Below, in pieces: positions 53,375 through 62,736 of a stretch of 64,000 nucleotides of DNA (positions are counted from its first letter, which is position 1; each line of letters opens with the position of its first letter). The notes under the pieces are model-generated. The model did not search any database, was not told where the DNA came from, and was given only the letters and a program-made list of their open reading frames with translations. The stretch is taken from the NCBI GenBank assembly GCA_002269645.1, contig NIVC01000200.1, positions 248,001 through 312,000 of the forward strand, given 5' to 3'. Origin of the DNA: Macrostomum lignano. Taxonomy: Eukaryota. The translations under genes were made by a program, and so were the position numbers.

Positions 53375-54240
53375 TGAGGGGATCTGGGATGGGGATGTGG
53401 GATGGGGATGTTGGATGGGGATGTGGGATGGGGATGTGGGATGGGGATGTGGGATGGGGATGTGGGATGGGGATGTGGGATGGGGATGTGGGATGGGGAT
53501 CTGGGATGGGGATGTGGGATGGGGATGTGGGATGGGGATGTGGGATGGGGATGTGGGATGGGGATGTGGGATGGGGATGTGGGATGGGGATCTGGGATGG
53601 GGATGTGGGATGGGAATTTGGGATGGGGATGTGGGATGGGGATGTGGGATGGGGATGTGGGATGGGGATGTTGGATGGGGATGTGGGATGGGGATGTGGG
53701 ATGGGGATGTGGGATGGGGATGTGGGATGGGGATGTGGGATGGGGATGTGGGATGGGGATCTGGGATGGGGATGTGGGATGGGGATGTGGGATGGGGATG
53801 TGGGATGGGGATGTGGGATGGGGATGTGGGATGGGGATGTGGGATGGGGATCTGGGATGGGGATGTGGGATGGGAATTTGGGATGGGGATGTGGGATGGG
53901 GATGTGGGATGGGGATGTGGGATGGGGATGTGGAATGGGAATGTGGGATGGGGATGTGGGATGGGGATGTGGGATGGGGATGTGGGATGGGGATGTGGGA
54001 TGGGGATCTGGGATGGGGATGTGGGATGGGGATGTTGGATGGGGATGTGGGATGGGGATGTGGGATGGGGATCTGGGATAAGGATCTGGGATGGGGATTT
54101 GGGATGGGGATCTGGGATGGAAATTTGGGATGGGGATGTGGTATGGGGATTTGGGATGGAGATGTGAGATGGGATCTGAGATGGGAAACTCGGATGGTGA
54201 TCTGGGATGGGATCTCGGAGGGGATCTGGAATGGGATCTG
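53375..54240. repeat. G-rich 13-bp minisatellite
   Basis: gggatggggatgt in tandem, ~860 bp. Confidence 0.97.
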
Positions 54241-55105
54241 GATCAAGAAATATTTCATTTTCAGTTGTGAAAAAGTTCTCACGACGAGCGAGTGGACTCC
54301 CCGAGATCAGCAGCAGTCAGTCTGGGATTCCGGAATTGCAAGGACCACTGGAATATCTAGTCTTGTAGTCCTTGGCACCTAGACGCGGCGGCAGTTGCAG
54401 GTGCTGGAGTGCAGCTCCTCCCAGCAGTCGGTGGCTGCCCTGGCGGTCTGATGCAGAGGTCAGCCGGGTGAGGCCCGCCTGGGACGCTGTGGCCGCAGGT
54501 CGCGGAAAGGTCAAGCCGGAGCTCCACGTTCGCCGCGGTGTTCGTCTGTTTCGGGAGCGGCGGCGGGTGGCGTTCGCGACCGTCTGTCAGAGTCTGCCTG
54601 AAGGATTGCACTGACGTCCAGGTTGCCTTCAGTGTCTCAGCATTGGCTCTAGGAGGACCGCGGCTCTCTCCACAGCAATGTACCCCATCGGAGGGAGGCT
54701 GACGGCTGCAAGCAATTCCAATGTCCTGCTCGGTAGGATGCAGCTCGAGATGCGGGCACAGCTGGTTTGCGGCTGTTCGGTGAGAAGTCGAGTGCTCGGG
54801 CACAGACGCTGCTGGCGATGCACTTCTACTCCACTTCTACCTTCCACTCCTCGCACCAGGTTGGAGGGTTCTGCCGCAGGCTTCCAGGCATCTACCCGAG
54901 GCGCTTTGATGATCAACCAGGTCGTTGATGCAGATAAGCCACAGGCAACGGGGCGATGACTGAGCCAATCCCAAATCTCCAATCCGAATCCTCAATCCCC
55001 AACCCCAAATCCTTAATATACAACCCTAAACCCTAAATCCCCAATCCCCAATCCCAATCCCCAATCCAGAATCCCCAACCCCAAATCCCCAATCCCAAGC
55101 CGCAC

Positions 55106-55591
55106 CTTATCAGAGTTGCTCCTCATCACGGCCCCGATGCCGCTGTAGGGCCAAATCTTGGTGCTCAAAAAGAAGGCCTGAGTCGAGCCCGAGGCGATGG
55201 TGCCAAACAGCATGCCGCTGGTCTTGTGGGCTCCCAGCAGGTCCGGCCAGCTCTCGATGGGTGTCCGCAGCAGCTCAACGGTCAGGGAGGCGGCCAGGAT
55301 GGCGGTGTAGTCAGCGATCATGATCAGGGTGAAGAACCACCACACGCTGGTTACCAGGCGGGCACCTGAGCTGCGGGGCGAGATGTCCACACTCTGGTTG
55401 ACGATGGAGGCAAGCGCGAACCACAGTGAGTTGAACAGCGAGAAGTCTCTGCGCCTCTTCCGCAGAAGCAGAAGACTGCAGGCCTGCAGCTGCTCGGAGT
55501 CTGTGATGCGCCACTCAACAGGGCTGAGTCTGGCGCATAGGTGCAGACCGGCAATCACCCCCGCGCCGCATGTGAGCATGTAGGGCCACAC
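55106..55591 (-). CDS. Ionotropic glutamate receptor-family exon (M1-M2-M3-S2 start)
   Basis: Phase 0-0 exon: [91 protein letters not shown]. Other exons could not be assigned, so it may be a fragment. Confidence 0.8.
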
Positions 55592-55945
55592 CTGTGCTCA
55601 GTTGGGGTCAGGGATGGGGCAGCTCATGTGAGCATGTAGGGCCACACCTGTGCTCAGTTGGGGTCAGGGATGGGGCAGCTCATGTGAGCATGTAGGGCCA
55701 CACCTGTGCTCAGTTGGGGTCAGGGATGGGGCAGCAAATGTGAGCATGTAGGGCCACACCTGTGCTCAGTTCAGGGATGGGGCAGCTCATGTGAGCATGT
55801 AGGGCCACACCTGTGCTCAGTTGGGGTCAGGGATGGGGCAGCTCATGTGAGCATGTAGGGCCACACCTGTGCTCAGTTCAGGGATGGGGCAGCTCATGTG
55901 AAAATGAAGGGCCGCACCTGTGCTCAGTTGGGGTCAGGGATGGGA
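55570..55945 (-). repeat. 51/56-bp tandem repeat of the iGluR intron-exon junction
   Basis: Each unit is ccctgaccccaactgagcacAG|GTGTGGCCCTACATGCTCACA (minus strand); copies begin at 55591, 55647, 55703, 55759, 55810, 55866, 55917. Confidence 0.92.
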
Positions 55946-56419
55946 GAAATACCACAAACGAGGAGTGGCGCAGGTGAGGCAGGCTGAGCAGTCAAGTGAT
56001 AAGAAGGTCCGGAGTTCGATCCAACTCAGCTCACAGAGCATGATTGATTGGGTTGCGCAGAGCCAAAACTGCGAGTTTGAGCTCAAATTTATGATAAGCA
56101 GCTGCACACAGATTTGAATCTGTGTGAAATCGAATCACCTTTATCTGTGTACCGTGTGGCTTCGCTTGCTCGCATGGCAACTGCTGATAGCGCCGCTGCT
56201 GGGCTCAGATATGAATTATAACAGCAACTGTGGCTCTGTTGAGACCCCTCTTTAGAGATTGCAGCAGCCCAGCGCTTCACCCTGACTTTGAGCGATTGCA
56301 GAAGGTGAGCTGGTTATTAACATCTGAACTTTAGTTCTCGTTTATTCATTAATCTCTCCATTGCTGTGTGAGTGGTGTGATTGCAGGACATTCTTGGTTG
56401 ATGTTTCCCTCATGGGCCT

Positions 56420-56680
56420 TGTCTCCCACCTGACCTGAGTCTCCACCTGACCTGAGTCTCCACCTGACCTGAGTCTCCCACCTGACCTGAGTCTCCCACC
56501 TGACCTGAGTCTCCCACCTGACCTGAGTCTCCCATCTGACCTGAGTCTCCCACCTGATCTGAGTCTCCCACCTGACCTGAGTCTCCCACCTGACCTGAGT
56601 CTCCCACCTGACCTGAGTCTCCCACCTGACCTGAGTCTCCCACCTGACCTGAGTCTCCCACCTGACCTGAGTATCCCATC
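56420..56680. repeat. Minisatellite, 18-bp unit, just upstream of NHL copy 4
   Basis: cccacctgacctgagtct in tandem. Confidence 0.95.
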
Positions 56681-56708
56681 CTGTCAGAAATTCAGATCGC
56701 TACACAAG

Positions 56709-58367
56709 ATGAGCCTCAAGAACTCCAGCGACAGCTCGAGTTCGGACGCGCCTCCCGCTACCCCAACTCCTCTCTGCATCATCTGCGACCAAGCTGCAGT
56801 CGGTGTGGCTCCGTTCTCCCGCTGCCACATGTGCAGTCAACACCTCAATGTCGATGTGGCCAATCTATTCAAGCTCAAGGAGGAGGTCGACGAGCTGCTG
56901 CGTGCCTACTCGCAAGAGTTTCAAGAGTCACAGGAGTCACAAGAGTCACAAGGCGCAGCAGGTGCAGCTGGCCGTGCAGCGCTGCTGCGACACCGAAAAG
57001 ACGCTGAGTCGCTGCGTCGTCTCGCTCTCGACATCCAACAGCAGCTGCAAGAGGTCAATCACAAATTCGATTTGGTACAGCAACACATCGACTCGTTTCG
57101 TAGCAGGGTGACGGGCCAGCTCTCAGGTGTGCTTGAGTCAGTCCGTGTGTGCGAGCGGGACCTCGAGGACGTCTCCAGCTACAAGAAGGAGGTGGCCACG
57201 GCGGAGGCTGCAGGCGACATGGCGGAGCTGCTTCGCCTGGTCCAGTCCATGCACGAATCGCTTGGAGACTTGGAGGCCGACTTTGAGAGGTCAGAGCGCC
57301 TGCTCAGAGACCAGAGCGACAATGAGGAGGTGCAGGTGCGGCTTCTGGGCCAGCTCGAGCGGCTGGTCGGCATTTGTGCGGGACGCAGTGAAGAGGACAA
57401 CTGGTCGAGAGACGCTGCGGTCACTGCGACATCCGAGGAGATAGACGCTACTGAGAGAGAGAGAATGTTGGAGCCGATGGTCTTCAGTCACAAGGTGAAG
57501 CTGGATGGCCTTGTTGCATTGCTGGCTGTGTGCAGCGACACCAGCGGATTCGTTGGTGACCGCTCAGGCCGTGTGGTTCCCGCAGACTCAGCGCGAGACG
57601 GAAGCAAGGCTCTGCCTCAGCCCTGCATCCTGGTAACATTTCTTATCAACAGAGACCCCCTACTGGTGCTGTCTGTGGACGGCTCACAGAAGCTGCGGTG
57701 CCACTGCGACACCGACCGGAAAAAGTACATCTGTGGCCTTCATTGCGACCGTCAGCTGCTGTGCATTGCTCAGTCTGACGCAGTGACAGTGACGGACCTG
57801 AGCGGTCGCGCGGTGCATGAAATCCGCCCACACATCGAGGGCTTCGGTGACATCTGTGGAATCGGCGGCAACGCAGCCTCCGTGTTTGTGTCCAGTGGAA
57901 ACAAAATTGCTGCATTCAGCAAAGCGACTTGGCAGATGGAGACGGTAATCACGCTGTCTTTGCTTCCTCGTGCTCGACTGGGTCATCTGACGACTCACGC
58001 CAACTTCATTCTAGTGATAGACTTTCAGCACAATCAGGTGCACAGAGTGCGCATCGACACCCAGCAGCTGGTCGCCTCCTTCCCGACTCAGCGTTCCGGC
58101 CTCCAACAGTTTGCTGGTCCAGCAGATGTGGCCGTCGATAGCAGAGGCTGCCTGTTCGTGAGTGACAACCATGGTCACTCAGTGCAAGCGGTGGCTGCAG
58201 ACGATGGGTCGCTGCTGTGGACTCTGGGGACTCCGGATGAGAGCGGCAGAGAAGACGGCAGATTCTGGCATCCATTGGGTCTGGCGGTGGTGAAGGGAGG
58301 TCCGCGCGAGCAGCTGGTGGTGGCTGACAATGGCAACAGCAGACTGCAGGTGTTCAGTGCACCCTAG
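56709..58367 (+). CDS. Zn-finger/coiled-coil/NHL protein, copy 4, intact, 552 aa
   Basis: Single-exon ORF collinear with copy 1; NHL blades FAGPADVAVDSRGCLFVSD, DGRFWHPLGLAV, VADNGNSRLQVF. Confidence 0.9.
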   Translation: MSLKNSSDSSSSDAPPATPTPLCIICDQAAVGVAPFSRCHMCSQHLNVDVANLFKLKEEVDELLRAYSQEFQESQESQESQGAAGAAGRAALLRHRKDAESLRRLALDIQQQLQEVNHKFDLVQQHIDSFRSRVTGQLSGVLESVRVCERDLEDVSSYKKEVATAEAAGDMAELLRLVQSMHESLGDLEADFERSERLLRDQSDNEEVQVRLLGQLERLVGICAGRSEEDNWSRDAAVTATSEEIDATERERMLEPMVFSHKVKLDGLVALLAVCSDTSGFVGDRSGRVVPADSARDGSKALPQPCILVTFLINRDPLLVLSVDGSQKLRCHCDTDRKKYICGLHCDRQLLCIAQSDAVTVTDLSGRAVHEIRPHIEGFGDICGIGGNAASVFVSSGNKIAAFSKATWQMETVITLSLLPRARLGHLTTHANFILVIDFQHNQVHRVRIDTQQLVASFPTQRSGLQQFAGPADVAVDSRGCLFVSDNHGHSVQAVAADDGSLLWTLGTPDESGREDGRFWHPLGLAVVKGGPREQLVVADNGNSRLQVFSAP

Positions 58368-59049
58368 TTTTATTCACAGGCCGAATACGCTCGTAATAAT
58401 CGAACTGTGCAATTTTTAACATGTGATGACCTTCTTTGTCTGATAACTCGTGATTTATTATTATGTCCTATATAATCAGAAGTAATATTTATTTATTCGA
58501 TAAAGCTCATTAAACATTATGCATGTTTACGTTGGCCCTCAACACTTCTCTCATTGTTTATATTTTTCTAGAAGTTTCAGCAACAGAAATTAAGACTTGA
58601 CATTTGAATTGAATTTCATCAAAAATGGCTTGCAGTTTGCTTAAATTCTCCTTACTCACTGCACACTCAGCGCTCGCTTCTGTGTTGCATTTTCCTCAAT
58701 GAAAAATACCTCAGTGACTGGGTTTGATTCAAAGGAGAGAGGGGAGATCACGAAGATCTGAGCCTTTCAGATGATGGGATGGTCGATTCTAGAGGGAGCT
58801 CAATTCCCAAGCAAGACGCATGGAGGTAAAGGATGAGTCGAACCCGGACCAGGTTGGGAAAAATCGGGAAAATCGGGTGCGGCGTGACACGTGATCAACG
58901 CGCTGCCGTGACCTGTCTGTGACCGGCGTCTCCAAGCTAGCCAATGACGCCACCTGCCTAGCAGCGCTGTGATTGGCTGGAACAATTTTCACGTGACAAT
59001 TCATGTGAACAGCTTATTGAGAAATTGGTTTTTGACTTACTGGACTTAG

Positions 59050-59570
59050 CCACAGGGCTGTCCCTACAAGCGTATGGGGACACAGCGGGAAGGCGCGGAC
59101 TCCCATTCCGCTTATCCTTGAACGGCCGACGCGTCGCTATGAACGAAGGATTGCGCCGCCCACGGAGGTCCCCCAGTGTCGCCAGCAGCCATGTGGCTCT
59201 CTGAAAAGCAGCCCTGCGGGTGGCCCGGGGGTAGCGCATGAGCTGATTAAGGTTTTCCGGTTTGCACTCTTCAGTAATAGATGTGTGTGGCCCGAGGTAA
59301 GTGAGTCTGGCTCGCATGAAGGCGGGACAGATGCTGACGAAATGTTCAGCTGTTTCGTCACCTGAGTTGCAGAAACTGCAGATGGCGTTGGTGGCGTTGC
59401 CCTGCAGGTACTGGTGCGAGGGTCATGGTGGCAGCCCGGATCTCTCTTTGCGAGAGGCGCAAAGGAGCTTCCCTAGATGATGAGAGGGCTGAGGGACAGA
59501 GCCTCTGGATTGCCTGCAGATAGTGCAGTTCGCCCAAGTTGAGTGGTGCTGAGTCCTGATCCACGCTTAG
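59050..59570 (-). mobile_element. 3' fragment of a non-LTR retrotransposon (C-terminal CCHC region, I/Loa/R1-like)
   Basis: Minus-strand translation HQYLQGNATNAICSFCNSGDETAEHFVSICPAFMRARLTYLG (CxxC..ETxEH..CP..R..LG), preceded in another frame by LRLSQREIR. The boundaries are approximate. Confidence 0.6.
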
Positions 59571-60274
59571 ATCGAGGTAAAAAAATCTGATGCAGAATAA
59601 ATAACGGAGGCTGCAGGTGGGCGAAAAAAGAAGTAAGGTAGGTTTAAGTTTAAGTGATTCATTGATTCATTTCAGTAGTAATTAGCCCCTGTTCATTAGC
59701 CGTTAGTCAAAATTCATGAGTTCCTAGTCACAATTGATGAGTCATTAGTCATAGTTCATTAGTCACAGTTTATTAGTAATAAGTCACGGTTCATTAGTCA
59801 TTAGTGCCAAGGTGTCGACAAGCCAGCGGGAGCCGTGGCTGAGGATCACGGCGGTGGGCTCTCAATTCTTAGAATCTGTCTCAGTACGAGTATTATCCCT
59901 ACTCTCGCCTCTCCCCCACTGATTGCAAGCGCTTCGAACACCCCTGGAGATCAGAAAGCTTTGCGATCCCCCAGTCACTTTCAACTCTATTTTCCCCGGA
60001 GATCTGAGCTTGCCGTGCGATCTCCGCAGAGGGTCTGAGCTGGGTTGCAGTCTCTGGCCTGTTTTGAGTATTGATATTGATTTTATTAGCTGAAGTTTGC
60101 TTCTGCATCTCTCTGGGAGTCATTTTTGATTAAATAAACACAAGAAATTCATGTTTCAGAAAGTAGATTTTTTTAGAAGCCGTGAAAGCGGAGTTTAATT
60201 TTCCAATGCAAACAACATGCTCAAGTAGATGTGGTTGAAGTTGATGCTCAAGTTGCCTGTCCTTTTCTGTAATT

Positions 60275-60570
60275 CACTGCTTGTCATTTCCTGTAATTCA
60301 CTGCTTGTCCATTTCTGTAATTCACTGCTTGTCCATTTCTGTAATTCACTGCTTGTCCATTTCTGTAATTCACTGCTTGTCCATTTCTGTAATTCACTGC
60401 TTGTCCATTTCTGTAATTCACTGCTTGTCCATTTCTGTAATTCACTGCTTGTCCATTTCTGTAATTCACTGCTTGTCCATTTCTGTAATTCACTGCTTGT
60501 CCATTTCTGTAATTCACTGCTTGTCCATTTCTGTAATTCACTGCTTGTCCATTTCTGTAATCCACTGCTT
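60275..60570. repeat. Minisatellite, 24-bp unit
   Basis: gtccatttctgtaattcactgctt, about 12 copies. Confidence 0.96.
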
Positions 60571-61094
60571 TCTAGGAATGTCAATTGGATGAAGCTCTTC
60601 TTGACGAGACGAGGCTCGTTTACTGACCACCTTACACCTTGAGCACAATGAGGTGACCGTCTCTACAATATGCGTCACAAAAACATCGCTACAATAGCTG
60701 GTTGTAAAAGCCGTCGTTCTTTTTAGCCCAAGGTGACTCGATTCAATTTGCATCCCCTCCAATATGCGGTTCACATCCTCCTCCGACTGAGTCACCTTTC
60801 GAACTTTCTCTGATCGTCAATAACGAGCAGATAACGAGATTGTCTGATAGCGAGCTGAGATCGCAAAGTGAAACTTACTTTTGTTCTTTTCCATCTTAGG
60901 GGCCGGGGTTCGCAGTTTTTTAAATGTGACTCTTGTTCTCAAGGGTCCTGCAGGGATGCTTCGGTCACCTCACAGTAGCTCGGTGCTCACCTGAAGTTCG
61001 TCAGAGTCCTCGAGTCCTCGTCGCCTCTGTCGTTAAGAGCGCCATGTCGAGATTGAAAATCTGACACAACAGTTTTACGATAGACTACGTTCTC

Positions 61095-61790
61095 TTGATA
61101 GTGTTCACAGTGACTATAGTGAGTCTTGATAGTGTTCACAGTGACTATGGTGAGTCTGGATAGTGTTCACAGTGACTATGGTGAGTCTGGATAGTGTTCA
61201 CAGTGACTATGGTGAGTCTGGATAGTGTTCACAGTGACTATGGTGAGTCTGGATAGTGTTCACAGTGACTATAGTGAGTCTTGATAGTGTTCACAGTGAC
61301 TATAGTGAGTCTTGATAGTGTTCACAGTGACTATAGTGAGTCCTGATAGTGTTCACAGTGACTATAGTGAGTCCTGATAGTGTTCACAGTGACTATAGTG
61401 AGTCTTGATAGTGTTCACAGTGACTATGGTGAGTCTGGATAGTGTTCACAGTGACTATGGTGAGTCTGGATAGTGTTCACAGTGACTATGGTGAGTCTGG
61501 ATAGTGTTCACAGTGACTATGGTGAGTCTGGATAGTGTTCACAGTGACTATAGTGAGTCTTGATAGTGTTCACAGTGACTATAGTGAGTCTTGATAGTGT
61601 TCACAGTGACTATAGTGAGTCTTGATAGTGTTCACAGTGACTATAGTGAGTCCTGATAGTGTTCACAGTGACTATAGTGAGTCTTGATAGTGCTCACAGT
61701 ATCTAGTGAGTCTTAGTGTTCACACTGACTACTGTGAGTCTTGATAGTGTTCACTGTCACTATTGTGAGTCTTGATAGTGTTCACAGTGA
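61095..61790. repeat. Minisatellite, 31-bp unit
   Basis: gatagtgttcacagtgactat(a/g)gtgagtct(t/g), about 22 copies. Confidence 0.96.
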
Positions 61791-62736
61791 CCACAACTCA
61801 GTCGTTTGCACTGCACCCCCGTCACTGACCTACAGCTGTTCACTGGCTCCACCAGAGCCCAGATTCGAGCTCAGGACACTGGATTAGAAACGCTAGCTTC
61901 CAGGGCTGTGCTCACTCTAGCAATTCCAAATCACTCAATGTTACACCTGCACAGAACTCACTCTTGCGCACATCTCTCCTAAGCACATCTCTCCTGAGCA
62001 CATCTCTCCTAAGCACAGCTCTCCTGAGCACATCTCTCCTGAGCACATCTCTCCTAAGCACAGCTCTCAGCCCTCATCGCCTTCTCTCTCCCCACTCATT
62101 TCTCAGCCAGCAGTCTCCATTGTTACTGCAGGCCGCTCTGCACACGCGAGCTTCATCGCACAGCTGCTGGCAAAGTACACCAGACCGCAGGCTGCACACA
62201 CAGAAACGGAATGAGAGGCGCAGAGACTGCAGAGCTAAGCTGAGTGCAGCAGGAGTTGCCAGCCAGACCAACTCGGTCTCCGATGCACATTTCCAACATC
62301 GAATAGCTCGAAATTCGAATTTCGCACCGCTGCACAGACAAACAAAGTTAAATTAATAATTATCTGCAATCGAAAACTCACCCAGAACAGGTACCAGTGT
62401 GTGCTCAGTAATTTCTCAGACTGAGCATTCTTGCAGCTGCAGAGATGCAATTCTGTGACCTGCGATACTGGCACCGATTCAAAGTGTGTGGCACACTGGC
62501 TTTTGCAGAGCTCAGCACCCTTGCACTGGCAGCAGAGGATACTCAGCCCAGAATTCCTTGATCGGCACTGAACTCTCTGACTCGAAATCTGACTGCATTT
62601 CGCATTTGACAGGTGAGTCGGTTTCTGTTCTCCCCCTGTTCTCCTCTGTTCTCCCTCTATTCCGACTCTTCTCCCTCTTCTTACCCTAAGGCGTTTCAAC
62701 TTTTTCTGATTTCAGCTCTTCAAAGGCAATCCAACA

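Noticed and set aside
53375-54240. G-rich 13-bp array as a telomere-like or functional G-quadruplex element
   Set aside because: It is not a TTAGGG-type repeat. G4 potential is likely, but nothing in the sequence distinguishes it from the many other local minisatellites.
54357-54982. GC-rich ORFs downstream of the iGluR exon as the S2/M4 exons
   Set aside because: No convincing S2 or M4 motif in any frame and no clear splice acceptor.
60660-60850. SEEDVNRILEGMQIESSHLGLK resembling part of an RTE-type reverse transcriptase
   Set aside because: Too short, with no YADD motif in frame; the similarity may be chance.
61095-61790. 31-bp repeat containing CACAGTG (RAG RSS heptamer) and, on the minus strand, GACTCACTATAG (3' part of the T7 promoter)
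   Set aside because: No ACAAAAACC nonamer at 12/23 spacing, no RAG/Transib gene and no TAATAC upstream. These are chance short matches inside a minisatellite.
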